Source of the DNA: a virus
Taxonomy: Duplodnaviria > Caudoviricetes
DNA length: 58,689 bases
Strand: one strand, 5' to 3'
Virus record (IMG/VR): IMGVR_UViG_3300008107_000212
Location: 1 to 58,689 of that record
Positions 37,326-47,731 of the stretch are shown piece by piece. Under the pieces are notes generated by a model. It saw nothing but the letters and a program-made list of their open reading frames with translations. It had not been told where the DNA came from and searched no databases. Position 1 is the first letter of the stretch. Each line of letters begins with the position of its first letter. The position numbers and the translations under genes are program-made.

Positions 37326-38279
37326 TTATCTATCCATGTTTACTAGTATTGTTATGTCTGTTGTTGCTGAGGTAGGAAGCGGTTGAGCAAGTTTACCTAC
37401 AGCTAATAGATTTTGATCTTCATCATATAAACCTACTGTTGATACATATGGGGCAAAATATGAACCAGTTACATTATCAGTAGGAATACCTCCATTTGGT
37501 TGATAGAAATAACTTCCACTATATGAAAGTATAGAACCACTTACCTCAGCAGACGGATTTAAAGTAGCATTAAACTCGTTTGATCTAATAGTACATTTAT
37601 ATTGTGTTTCGTATATTGTAAGTGAAGATGAGAATGAGCAAGTAACAGCAGATGAAGTTACAAAATTAAGTATGTCTGCTGATGATCCGCTTGTTATAAT
37701 TGCTAATCCTTGATAATAAAATATATTCCCGTATATTGTTGAGCCTGATATTAGATTACCTTCTCCATCGTCTGTGATAGTAAAGCTACTTGATTTCCAT
37801 ATAAATGAGTTTGGTTGGATATAATTTCCAAACAAACGAGAAGGAATAGATATTACTCCGATAGTAGAGTCGGATGCTGTAGGAAAATATTTAGCAAATG
37901 TTAAATCTGTTTGTTTATAATTAAAATATCTACCTGTTGAAGATGGTGATCCTACTAAAACATTTCCTGCGTCATCATTTCCGGGTACTATAAACCCAAC
38001 ATTGGCTGGATCTCCATAACTTGAACTTAAATAATTTGAATAGAATAATTCCTTAATTGAATTATATATTAAGCGCTGGTATTGGGTTGATCCTGATACT
38101 TGTCCTGTTTTTGGATCAGTAGTTGGATTAAATAAAGAGCTTGTATTAAGCCCTAAAAATCTATCTATAGAAACAACAGATGCAGTTAATTCAGATGCCC
38201 CTTGAAAAGTAAACGATTTGTTTACTTCAAAAGGAGTAATGATTATATCAGACGTTAAAAATTGTTTGTAGGCGCCCAT
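37326..38279 (-). CDS. Putative baseplate/tail structural protein
   Basis: C-terminal YVSTVGLYD..NLLAVGKLAQPL shared with the neighbouring gene. Confidence 0.65.
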   Translation of the reverse strand: MGAYKQFLTSDIIITPFEVNKSFTFQGASELTASVVSIDRFLGLNTSSLFNPTTDPKTGQVSGSTQYQRLIYNSIKELFYSNYLSSSYGDPANVGFIVPGNDDAGNVLVGSPSSTGRYFNYKQTDLTFAKYFPTASDSTIGVISIPSRLFGNYIQPNSFIWKSSSFTITDDGEGNLISGSTIYGNIFYYQGLAIITSGSSADILNFVTSSAVTCSFSSSLTIYETQYKCTIRSNEFNATLNPSAEVSGSILSYSGSYFYQPNGGIPTDNVTGSYFAPYVSTVGLYDEDQNLLAVGKLAQPLPTSATTDITILVNMDR

Positions 38280-38284
38280 TCATT

Positions 38285-39325
38285 TTAGAAATCTAGCTTA
38301 ACGCGGACTAAGGCTTCTGATGTAAAATCTTTAGGTAATGGTCTAGATAGTTTAGCCACTGCTAATAATTCATTAACATCATTATATAAACCCACTGTTG
38401 TGATATATGTTTGTGGATTATTTATGAATTGATTGTATAATACCTCACCTGTAGATCCTGAAATAAACGATGGGTTTTCAGAGTAATTAAATTCTGAGCT
38501 TCTTGCTCTTATAAAAATAAAATCTGAGGTTATTGTCTCTTGAGAGTTAATCTGGAAATTAGCAGAAGCACTTATTGCCTGATATAAAGAGGTCATTGGG
38601 GATACATTAGGTACACCTGATCCGGAAGCAGAACCACTATATACAAATCCAATACCACCACTTGATGTTGGGGCAGATAATGCTTTAGGGTTTAATAATA
38701 TAGTTCCGATATCTGGGAGTAACCATCCATATGATCCTGAATCTGTTGTGTATCCATTAGCTTGGCGACTAGTATTTGCTGTTCCTCCTGATCCTGAAAT
38801 TAACTGAAATACTCTACCTGCTTCTGTAAATGTTACTGCTGAAACATAAGCACTATTATCGGTCAATGTAATTGAACCAGAAGCTGCTATTGGACCTTTA
38901 ATTTGTAATGTTAACGAGCCTAAAAGAAGAGCATTTTTGTACCTTGCTCTTTCAAATGATATTGCGTAAAATTCAGATGATGTAATTGCACCAAAAGTAA
39001 AGTTTGCGTTTTCATCTCCTAATACTAAATCTTGGTATTGTCCAAAAATAGTAGCTGTTGGAGATAAACCATTTATAGCACTATTATATACTAAACTACC
39101 ACTACCAAGAGCATTACCATAGGTTATATCAAATTGTACAGCAGCATTAGTTAAAGTTGAAGCTGTTTGATAAACACTTAAATAATAATCACCTGAAGAG
39201 CCTGCCTCTTGTTGTGACGATGTAAAAAATGTTGTTAATTGTGCTGCTTGGGTTGACCATAAAGTAGCAGATATAGCGTCTGAGCTTACTACAAAATCTG
39301 AAGGGTCTAGTCTATTAAAGGCCAT
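38285..39325 (-). CDS. Putative baseplate/tail structural protein (paralogous C-terminus)
   Basis: YITTVGLYNDVNELLAVAKLSRPL. Confidence 0.65.
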   Translation of the reverse strand: MAFNRLDPSDFVVSSDAISATLWSTQAAQLTTFFTSSQQEAGSSGDYYLSVYQTASTLTNAAVQFDITYGNALGSGSLVYNSAINGLSPTATIFGQYQDLVLGDENANFTFGAITSSEFYAISFERARYKNALLLGSLTLQIKGPIAASGSITLTDNSAYVSAVTFTEAGRVFQLISGSGGTANTSRQANGYTTDSGSYGWLLPDIGTILLNPKALSAPTSSGGIGFVYSGSASGSGVPNVSPMTSLYQAISASANFQINSQETITSDFIFIRARSSEFNYSENPSFISGSTGEVLYNQFINNPQTYITTVGLYNDVNELLAVAKLSRPLPKDFTSEALVRVKLDF

Positions 39326-39335
39326 ATTTTATATT

Positions 39336-39983
39336 TTAGGATATTTTTGTTACTGTTACTGGGATGGTTATACGGGCTCCACTATCTCTACCTTCTACAG
39401 TTAAGGTAGCGGTTAATTGTGTGTTTGAACCAAATAATGTATTAACTGTAGTTGCTCTTATATTAATTGTAGTTCCAACAACAGTTTTAGATACTGAGGT
39501 TCCTAAAGTTGTAGTTTGGTTAAGAGCTTGAGCTTGTGGAGTATTAATACCTACACCTTCAAATGTGCTAAATAATCTAACATCGGAAATAGTAGCTGTA
39601 TAACCGCTAGTTTCAAATGTATTACCACCTAAATAGTTTAGTGTTTCTGGAGTAATGGCAAGTGATGCTCCTTGTTTAATTACAATAGCTGTGTAACCTA
39701 AATCAAGAATAGGTAATCTTGCTGTTCCTCTAGGTAAGGTAACTAATTTATATTTCATCATTTGAGTTTCCTGAGGGAAAGCTTCAAGTAAAGGCATGTT
39801 TTCAATTGCTTGACCATAATAAGCAGATCCTGAAGGATTAGTAGGATTATATAATGTATAATCTATCTCATCATCTGCCAAAGCAAATTGTGTTATGTTA
39901 AAATTTCCTTGTGCTAGTAATTGACGGCCCTTATTTGTTAAAATGGCGTCTACAGTTACTACTGAGTTGTCTAGGTATCCCAT
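39336..39983 (-). CDS. Putative baseplate/tail fibre-attachment protein
   Basis: DAILTNKGRQLLA...ITQFALADDEIDY motif. Confidence 0.65.
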   Translation of the reverse strand: MGYLDNSVVTVDAILTNKGRQLLAQGNFNITQFALADDEIDYTLYNPTNPSGSAYYGQAIENMPLLEAFPQETQMMKYKLVTLPRGTARLPILDLGYTAIVIKQGASLAITPETLNYLGGNTFETSGYTATISDVRLFSTFEGVGINTPQAQALNQTTTLGTSVSKTVVGTTINIRATTVNTLFGSNTQLTATLTVEGRDSGARITIPVTVTKIS

Positions 39984-40002
39984 TTGTTTATATTGTTTTT
40001 AT

Positions 40003-40010
40003 TATAAATA
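40003..40010 (-). promoter_or_regulatory. TATTTATA box (putative late promoter)
   Basis: 19 nt upstream of ATG 39983. Confidence 0.55.
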
Positions 40011-40025
40011 TGTATATTTTTAATT

Positions 40026-42581
40026 TTATGATTGTGCTCTAAGTAAAGATACAATCTTTTCTTTAGTTTCATTTGCTTTTTCTCCTAAAAATTCAGGTAT
40101 CAATATACCATCACTAGTTTGGCCTGCAGGTTTACTTATGTCTAATATTATATTTCCTGGATCTGGTATGTATCTTCTTATAAGGAAATAATTTAAATTT
40201 GTGCCATTAGGTATATTATTGTCTAGATTAAGCTGCAATTGACCAGCAGCAGATTGTGTCACATTGGTAATAGCAAATGATAAGTTTTCTAATCCTTGAA
40301 ACCTTATTTCATCGTTAGGTTGAAGATTAAAAGGTATAGTAATAGGATCAAATCCGCTATTGTTGATGTTTTGTTGCTGGAGTCCAATAAATTGATTTAG
40401 CCCCCCCGCAGATGTAGATCCAGTATTAGCTAATAAAATATTGGGAGAAGAGCCGGTAAGCCAAAATAAAGTGCAACTAGTAGAAGTTTGATTAAAAGAA
40501 GATGCAGGGTATTGAGATACTTTAAATTCTGCACTTACTCTTAATGTTCTTCCAACTGGAATAGTACCAGGAGGAACAGAAGTAGAACCGGCCTGGGATC
40601 CAAGAGTTAATCTGTATAAAGAACTTGTAGTAGCATTTCTTTCGGTATATGAAAATGTCCAAAGAGAAGAATTAAGAGTATCTTCTGGGGGCCCAGTATA
40701 TCTTATTTGTTTATAAGCAATATTATTCCAACTGCTCCCACCATTTGTAGATTTTTGCAAAAAATAATTAATTATACTTCCATTAAGAACCTGACTACCT
40801 AAGTATATATCAAAATATAACACATATCCTGAAGAAGAAAGACTACCTAGAGATCCTGTTGGTTGATACCAATATTGTACAGGGGATGATCCTGTAGAAA
40901 AACTAGCAGAATTACCTATATTTATAGGTCTAAATGGGATAATTAGCTCATTATTTAAAGAAGATGAGAGTATACTTGGTCCTGGTATTATAACACCACC
41001 ATCATCTCCTGTTCCTATGTTTGTAATAAAATTTGCATTTTGGGTTGAATTTCCAGATGTAGTGTTACCCGGGCCTACTGCAAGTATTGAGTAGTTGTTT
41101 ATACCGGTAGATATAATTTGCCCATCAGGTTGAGTAAAATTTATAGACCCTGTAAAACCAAATCCTATAACATTGCCGTTACTATCATAACTAGCTGTTT
41201 GAGTATATATTATAGGTTTAATTTTTTGACCAGCTTTAAATATTGGTACAGTATTATTTACTGAATCTAAATTAACCCCAAATGAGTCTGGGTTTGATAG
41301 GACTAGAGTAGCATTATTGTTTCCGAAAGCTTGTTGTATATTTCCTAAATTGATTCCATTTTCATCAAATAAAGGTGGTACTTCATTTCCGTTTTCATCA
41401 ATAATATATTTAATGCTAACGTTTGTTTTCCCCTCAAAATTATTACCCCATTCAGGAGAAGTTCCTGCTAGCCAATTAAATCTTACAAAATATGATTTTG
41501 GATTAGATACGTTGGGTGTTTTACTAGGAGCAATATCTGTACTAGACCATTGATTAAGTTTAGCCGACCGAAGTTGTTGCCCATTATATCTTGAACTTGC
41601 CCACCAATCTGAAGAGTAATATGAATCCTGTATAATAGCAGGGGAAGCAGAACTTGATAGTATTGCTTGTTGGTTTATAGGTAAAATTTGACTATCTGTA
41701 AAATCAACATCTAGATAAAATGAATTGGGTCTGTTTATTACAGCGTTATTCATTAATACATCGTAATCTGAGTTAATGAATGGGGTTGTAATATATGGTT
41801 CTAGGATGGTTTGGGCGCCTATACCTGCTTGGGGGGTAATAGATTGGGTAATTTTTAAATCTATATTAGTGCCGTTCCATGAAGGAGCAGGAACTATAGA
41901 TAATCCATTTAAATTTGATAATACTAAAACATAACTTCTATTCTCTGTAGGAGTAAATGATCCTGTTAATGTTATAGTTCCTGTGGTCCCTACAGCTACT
42001 GGAGATAATGCTGACCCAGTTTGTACTTGCAATACAATATTTGGGACAACTTGTGAAGCATAATTTAATGAAGTTAATCCTACTCCTAAATCAGTAACAT
42101 CTACTAAGGATAAATGAGGTATAGATCCAGCATTTAACGCATCGGCATTAATATTAAAATTTACTGAGGATGTTATTATTATAGGTATATTAGGAGTATT
42201 TTGAAAAGTAATATATCCTGATGAATTATCAAAGTAGCCTAGATTATCTATATTTTCGGTATATGTATTTACTATTTTTGAGGTAGGAGAAGATATATTA
42301 CTGATAGAGGCTGCTCTGCTAGCACTTACTTGATAATTCAATATCTGATTATTAGTGCTAGATGTTACATTAGTAGTAACTATCTGATATAAGAAATACG
42401 GACCATTCAAAGATGAACTTGGATATTCTGTTATAGTAGCTACAGGGTAATCTATAATACCTTTATCAACAGTTCTAATTCTAATGTTATCTAATTCACG
42501 CAATGATTGATAATTATCATTGCCAAAAGCATCGTAACGTGCTATTTTTATGTATTTAACTCCTTGGGTAAAAAAAGCCAT
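40026..42581 (-). CDS. Large virion structural protein
   Basis: 851 aa, Ser/Thr/Asn-rich, in the baseplate module. Confidence 0.65.
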   Translation of the reverse strand: MAFFTQGVKYIKIARYDAFGNDNYQSLRELDNIRIRTVDKGIIDYPVATITEYPSSSLNGPYFLYQIVTTNVTSSTNNQILNYQVSASRAASISNISSPTSKIVNTYTENIDNLGYFDNSSGYITFQNTPNIPIIITSSVNFNINADALNAGSIPHLSLVDVTDLGVGLTSLNYASQVVPNIVLQVQTGSALSPVAVGTTGTITLTGSFTPTENRSYVLVLSNLNGLSIVPAPSWNGTNIDLKITQSITPQAGIGAQTILEPYITTPFINSDYDVLMNNAVINRPNSFYLDVDFTDSQILPINQQAILSSSASPAIIQDSYYSSDWWASSRYNGQQLRSAKLNQWSSTDIAPSKTPNVSNPKSYFVRFNWLAGTSPEWGNNFEGKTNVSIKYIIDENGNEVPPLFDENGINLGNIQQAFGNNNATLVLSNPDSFGVNLDSVNNTVPIFKAGQKIKPIIYTQTASYDSNGNVIGFGFTGSINFTQPDGQIISTGINNYSILAVGPGNTTSGNSTQNANFITNIGTGDDGGVIIPGPSILSSSLNNELIIPFRPINIGNSASFSTGSSPVQYWYQPTGSLGSLSSSGYVLYFDIYLGSQVLNGSIINYFLQKSTNGGSSWNNIAYKQIRYTGPPEDTLNSSLWTFSYTERNATTSSLYRLTLGSQAGSTSVPPGTIPVGRTLRVSAEFKVSQYPASSFNQTSTSCTLFWLTGSSPNILLANTGSTSAGGLNQFIGLQQQNINNSGFDPITIPFNLQPNDEIRFQGLENLSFAITNVTQSAAGQLQLNLDNNIPNGTNLNYFLIRRYIPDPGNIILDISKPAGQTSDGILIPEFLGEKANETKEKIVSLLRAQS

Positions 42582-42591
42582 TTTTTATGTT

Positions 42592-45500
42592 TTATATATT
42601 TGATGGAGCTGATGGGGTTGAAGGGAATGTAGCTGTTCCATCGTATAATAAATATATTTCCCCATTGTTTGGTGAAGTATTTATATTTAAGAAATTACCA
42701 GCGGGAACCAAAGTATCGTCGTAGTACGACGCTGTATATGCTAATATTGTAGTATTGACGTTTAAAAACGGATTATCTCCATTTAAGTCTCCGTTTGTTA
42801 CTACAAGATTTGAACCACTTAATTCTCCATTAAAAAATTCTGTTTGAGAAGATTGTGTAAAGACAACTGGACCTACTATAGATGGTGTTGTGCCGGACCA
42901 AACCTGAGTTACAGATGCCGTATAATTTCCTGGTAGTATTACGGATGAAGTTTGTCCATTTAAGTTTGGAAACACACCAGCGTTACTTCCTGTAACTTCG
43001 TACATTCTGATACCGGCACCCGAAACTACAAGATTTTGGAAAGTAAATGGAGTATCCCACGCTATATTTCCGCTTCCACTTCCATAATATGCTATTGGGG
43101 TATTTGGAGTAGCTTGGGGAACAGGGTATTTGTTTCTTTCAAGCAAGTGTTGTTTAACTACTATTCCTGAGGCTAGACTTGCTCGAGCAGGAGTCCAATC
43201 TTGCAACATTTTAAACAAAGAATTATCTATAAATTTGATAAGTCTTATATAATCGTTTATATCGTAATTATGAGTATATTTTTCAAAATAAGCATTTCGC
43301 AAAGCATCTAGTGGAGGGTATGTTTCTGCCGATGAAGATACTAATCTAGGATCACCAATATATTCTCCAATATTGATAAATCCAATTTGTGAACTAATAT
43401 CATCGTCTATTTCGTTTTGTGGCGAAAATGTTACCTCAACATAGTTTACATCTCTTGTATAGCTTTGACTAATTGCATAATCTTGTTGTATAGATCTAAC
43501 ATTAGATAAAGTTGTATTATCGGGGATGTTTGCTAAACTACTGCTATATGGGAGGGAAAGGCTTTGTTGCTTAATTTTATCAGCTACAGGATTTTTTATA
43601 CCAACAGGAGGTTGATCAAAGAACACAGATTGTGTATTTGATACGAATACTGGAGTAGTGTTAAATGTAAAATTACTATCGCTTGTAAATGATGAAGTAG
43701 CAACCCAGGACCCTGTTATTTTAGGGTGTATTGAGGTTGAACCAGTATATAGTTCTCCACCTAAAGATGCTCTAAAAGCAAGTTGATTTGGTCCTTGGTT
43801 TGTCCCATTTCCTTCAATGGAATTAGGATTCATTACATAATCATCAAATACACTTTCGCTTATAATAGTACTATAATATCTGATTTCTTGGAATGAGCCC
43901 GAAAAATTAGTATAGTTTGATATGCTAGCAGAGCCAAAATATGAAATCACCCCAAGATCCAATAAATCATTCCAAGCTTGAGTATTCCCTGTGCTTGAAC
44001 TAGAAGCTTGGAATCCTATTTGGTTTCCATCGTAACCATTATATATTGAATTTTTAGAATATAAAGTAAAATTTGAACCATCTTTAGTTACCATTACTGA
44101 CCACCAGTCTCCGTCAAAAAATGGTAAATATACACTAGCAGAAGTTGTTAAAAAGAGCGTTCTTGGTATAAAATCTAATTTAGCGTATTGATAATATGGA
44201 TCTACAGTTGATCCTGAATATGAAGCACTAGTATACCCTGATCCAGTATATGTTAAAATAATAGTAGCAACCCCGCTAGATCCGGAAATTGTCCATAAAC
44301 TTTGGGATATTGGGATATTAGATGTAGGTAATCCGTTGGTTTTGAATCTAAATGCTATAGTTGAGGGGACACCATTAGGTGACCCCCAATTTGAATTTAG
44401 CTTCCAAGAAGAAGAAATAAAATTATTTCCATTCTGTGTATAAGCATAATTGTATTGATCATACCAATAATCCCAATCGTTTGAATTGTCTTTATCTTTG
44501 CCTCCATATTCATTTATTCTTAGAATAGTATCGGGAATACCATATAGTGTTATGATTGCTCTTAGGCCCTCTATAGTACCTTTTTTCTTTAAAAGATAAG
44601 GCAAATTGTGATATATTCTTTTATATATTGATTTATTTACATCATCAACAGGTTGTAAAGAACCAGTAGCAGAAGCAGTAATATATGTTGTAATATATTC
44701 AAATCCTGTTGGGGCAGGTAAAGAAGGTGTTGTATAAGGTAAATTATATAAACTGCCTGAAGGGGTAATACCAATTAAAGCAGCATATAAATCGTCTGTT
44801 GAAAAATTATTTTGGTATATTTTAATACCTAAATCGCGTAATATATCTGCTACTAAATCTTTAGATACACCATAATTTAATCGATTATCTGCATTGTATT
44901 TTTCGGTAACTCCCTGTAAATAGGAAAATACGTTATCAAAATGTTGACCTATCATTTCAACAAACAACTCGTATTGTGCGTTGCTTGGATCGTCTCTTAG
45001 ATAAGAAGGAATAGCATTTACTAAAGCATTATTGTTTTCGCTATCATACAATTCTGCTACAGCAGATTGAGATACAAACCAAGTATAACCAACCCCAGGA
45101 TTAGCTGTAGAAGCATTTGTGTATGGAGGTGTACTATTTGTTTTAGGCCAAGCTGTTGACCCTGATTCATAGTATAGATAATATTCGTAACCATCAAAAT
45201 TGGTTATAATTTCATTTATTTTTGCTTGGTATATTACATTACTAGAAGAAACATAGTAGTTTGTAGCAGTATTAACTGATAAACTAGCACTATAAGTATA
45301 TTGCTCTATTAAGGCTAGCTTATAATAAAAATTTTCTAGGCGAGTTTGAGCAGAAGAGAAATGAATAAAATTATCGTAGCTAGAATAGTCTACATTTAAT
45401 TCAACATTACTTTCTGCTAATAAACTATTTAATTGGTATCTTAAACTTCCTGATCCTGTAGCGGATGTTGTAGCTGTTAGAGAAGAAAGACTAGCATATT

Positions 45501-46239
45501 GTGTAGAATTATTAATTTGATCTGATATGGATAAATTATAATTTGGTCCTTTTAAAGGAATATTATCATCTTCAATATTAAATACAGGAGTAATACTAAT
45601 ATTGTAAGCTACAGATTCTGCTATTTGTTCAACTACCCAACATTCGCTCTTTATATCAAATTGTGGAGGAAGTGCTTCGTATAGTTTTATTAGAACTGTA
45701 GGATCGTCAGGGTTAGAATTATCTAATAATACATTATTTGCTATTACTAACTGATTGTTTCCAAAATCTAAATAAAAGTCTAGATAGCCACCTTGTGTGT
45801 TTTGAATATCTTGAGAAAAGATAATTGCGCTAGCAGATACTTCAACATTAGGTATAGCTGTGGTATTAAGTCTTACTTCAGTTCTATCCGCACTGATTTG
45901 GTCAATATAGTATCTATTTAATGCGGTTGATGCTAGGCGATGTCTTAAAAAATTGTATGCTGTATTATATTGTCCTTCTGTAAAACCAAAAGCTCTCAAA
46001 TCAGCTTCCGGGTCTATAGTAACTTGATTATCTAAAAGAGTAAAATTAGGATAACCAGTAACATTTTCTACTAAAATATTTCTATTTAAATCGTATATAA
46101 AATATTCTAAATAATCTGTTTCTGGGTTAAATTGAGTTGGAATGTCGTTTGATGTAATCAAAGAAGTATCCTCAGGAGAGTATGTTTGCAACTCAAATGT
46201 AATAGGATCAATATTTTGTATGTTAACTATTTCTGTCAT
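42592..46239 (-). CDS. Large baseplate wedge-like protein
   Basis: 1215 aa; YLLKKKGTIEGLRAIITLYG (gp7/P2-I-like) and a LamG-like middle region. Confidence 0.65.
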   Translation of the reverse strand: MTEIVNIQNIDPITFELQTYSPEDTSLITSNDIPTQFNPETDYLEYFIYDLNRNILVENVTGYPNFTLLDNQVTIDPEADLRAFGFTEGQYNTAYNFLRHRLASTALNRYYIDQISADRTEVRLNTTAIPNVEVSASAIIFSQDIQNTQGGYLDFYLDFGNNQLVIANNVLLDNSNPDDPTVLIKLYEALPPQFDIKSECWVVEQIAESVAYNISITPVFNIEDDNIPLKGPNYNLSISDQINNSTQYASLSSLTATTSATGSGSLRYQLNSLLAESNVELNVDYSSYDNFIHFSSAQTRLENFYYKLALIEQYTYSASLSVNTATNYYVSSSNVIYQAKINEIITNFDGYEYYLYYESGSTAWPKTNSTPPYTNASTANPGVGYTWFVSQSAVAELYDSENNNALVNAIPSYLRDDPSNAQYELFVEMIGQHFDNVFSYLQGVTEKYNADNRLNYGVSKDLVADILRDLGIKIYQNNFSTDDLYAALIGITPSGSLYNLPYTTPSLPAPTGFEYITTYITASATGSLQPVDDVNKSIYKRIYHNLPYLLKKKGTIEGLRAIITLYGIPDTILRINEYGGKDKDNSNDWDYWYDQYNYAYTQNGNNFISSSWKLNSNWGSPNGVPSTIAFRFKTNGLPTSNIPISQSLWTISGSSGVATIILTYTGSGYTSASYSGSTVDPYYQYAKLDFIPRTLFLTTSASVYLPFFDGDWWSVMVTKDGSNFTLYSKNSIYNGYDGNQIGFQASSSSTGNTQAWNDLLDLGVISYFGSASISNYTNFSGSFQEIRYYSTIISESVFDDYVMNPNSIEGNGTNQGPNQLAFRASLGGELYTGSTSIHPKITGSWVATSSFTSDSNFTFNTTPVFVSNTQSVFFDQPPVGIKNPVADKIKQQSLSLPYSSSLANIPDNTTLSNVRSIQQDYAISQSYTRDVNYVEVTFSPQNEIDDDISSQIGFINIGEYIGDPRLVSSSAETYPPLDALRNAYFEKYTHNYDINDYIRLIKFIDNSLFKMLQDWTPARASLASGIVVKQHLLERNKYPVPQATPNTPIAYYGSGSGNIAWDTPFTFQNLVVSGAGIRMYEVTGSNAGVFPNLNGQTSSVILPGNYTASVTQVWSGTTPSIVGPVVFTQSSQTEFFNGELSGSNLVVTNGDLNGDNPFLNVNTTILAYTASYYDDTLVPAGNFLNINTSPNNGEIYLLYDGTATFPSTPSAPSNI

Positions 46240-46595
46240 TGTGTATTGGTTGTATTTCGAGATATTTGAAATAGTTGCTGTTGAAGATCTAAATTTTCTT
46301 GTCTTACTTGAGTTATTTCTTCAAGTAGAGCATTTATTGTGTCGTCTGTTCTGATTTCTCCAATATATTCTCCACTGGTCTTTATTAGATATTCGTGTGA
46401 GTTTGTTTGGCCAAATTTTGGAATTTCAAAAAATAAATTTTGATATTGAGCAAAAAATTCATTTATTTGAGAAGGTACACTAATAGATGCTGTAACAGGG
46501 GCAGAGATTAACTGAGTAAATTGCGTATCAATTACTTTAGTGTATTGATTTTTATTATATACTACTTTACTTAAATCTATAATTTCTTTTGCCAT
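46236..46595 (-). CDS. Hypothetical baseplate-module protein
   Basis: 119 aa, C-terminal coiled coil. Confidence 0.6.
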   Translation of the reverse strand: MAKEIIDLSKVVYNKNQYTKVIDTQFTQLISAPVTASISVPSQINEFFAQYQNLFFEIPKFGQTNSHEYLIKTSGEYIGEIRTDDTINALLEEITQVRQENLDLQQQLFQISRNTTNTQ

Positions 46596-47722
46596 TATGG
46601 GTTAACAACTTTAAAGCTATAATTATCATCAAATACTATTGTTGATCCTTGAATTGTAGTTTGAATTAAAACAGTATAATACCTTTCAGGTTCTAATCCG
46701 TTCATATATAATTTAAAATAGCTTCCTGATGCATCACAACTTAATTTAGTATATGTTGTGTCGAAATCTATAACCATTTCGTTAGTATCCAAGTCTTTTA
46801 TAGCATAATATGATTCTGCTGGTAAAGCATAGTTAGTCATATAAATAGAAGATGTTTGCCATACCTTTGGAGGATATGTTGGTCTTGCATTTACACGAAA
46901 AATATTAACACTTTGATCATAAAACACCCCAGGATTTTGGGCTAATAAAATAGTAGCAGGATTAGTAGTTAACACTGTTAAACTACCTGTATTATATACT
47001 GAATCATCCCATTTAAATTCTAAGCAGGGAGGATATATAGTATGGGTATCTCTAGAAAAATATTTTAAAGTTACTTGTTCATTAATACTGTTTACAAATT
47101 CTTGAGATTCTGTTTGTCTAACTATAAATCCATAATTTGCCCAAGCGCTTCCCGTCCATTTTTCTACTATAGATTTAACATTAAAGCTTAAGTCTAAGTC
47201 TGAATAATATGAAAATATTTTTGTAGCTTGAGAACCAGTCCACCATACCCCACCTCCTGCAGAATTAGGATTGGTAGTTAAATTATATGAACCAGTTTGT
47301 CCTGCAGAAAACCCTGTAGTAGTCCAAGCATTGCTTCCTGAGTAGGATCTCCAAATCCACGATACACCATTTTGAGTTTCAGGATTATTTAAGTAACGTC
47401 CTGTACCCATATTCCATGGCTGAGCAACAGCGTTAGCTGCTACTGCTGTGGTACCAGATAACCCAGTATCATCAGCTACAAAAAGCTTAAGATCAGCTGT
47501 CCAACTTGCTGTTCCTATTAAAGAAGCACTTACATATGTAATTTCATCAGAATCAAATTGAACTAAAAAACGGGAAGCTTGGGGATATTCTCCATTTGTT
47601 TCTGTAACTCCTGTTTTAAAATTAGTAGATGCTTCTAGGATTTCGTCTATTCCTGTATTCATAGCAGGATAAGCCGAATATAATGTAGCGTCTTGAGAAG
47701 GGAATATTTTATATACTGCCAT
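46595..47722 (-). CDS. Virion structural protein (DNRLRE/CBM-like)
   Basis: QDATLYS..NTGIDEILE, SRFLVQFD, NYGFIV and PCLEFKW. Confidence 0.6.
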   Translation of the reverse strand: MAVYKIFPSQDATLYSAYPAMNTGIDEILEASTNFKTGVTETNGEYPQASRFLVQFDSDEITYVSASLIGTASWTADLKLFVADDTGLSGTTAVAANAVAQPWNMGTGRYLNNPETQNGVSWIWRSYSGSNAWTTTGFSAGQTGSYNLTTNPNSAGGGVWWTGSQATKIFSYYSDLDLSFNVKSIVEKWTGSAWANYGFIVRQTESQEFVNSINEQVTLKYFSRDTHTIYPPCLEFKWDDSVYNTGSLTVLTTNPATILLAQNPGVFYDQSVNIFRVNARPTYPPKVWQTSSIYMTNYALPAESYYAIKDLDTNEMVIDFDTTYTKLSCDASGSYFKLYMNGLEPERYYTVLIQTTIQGSTIVFDDNYSFKVVNP

Positions 47723-47731
47723 TTTATGTTA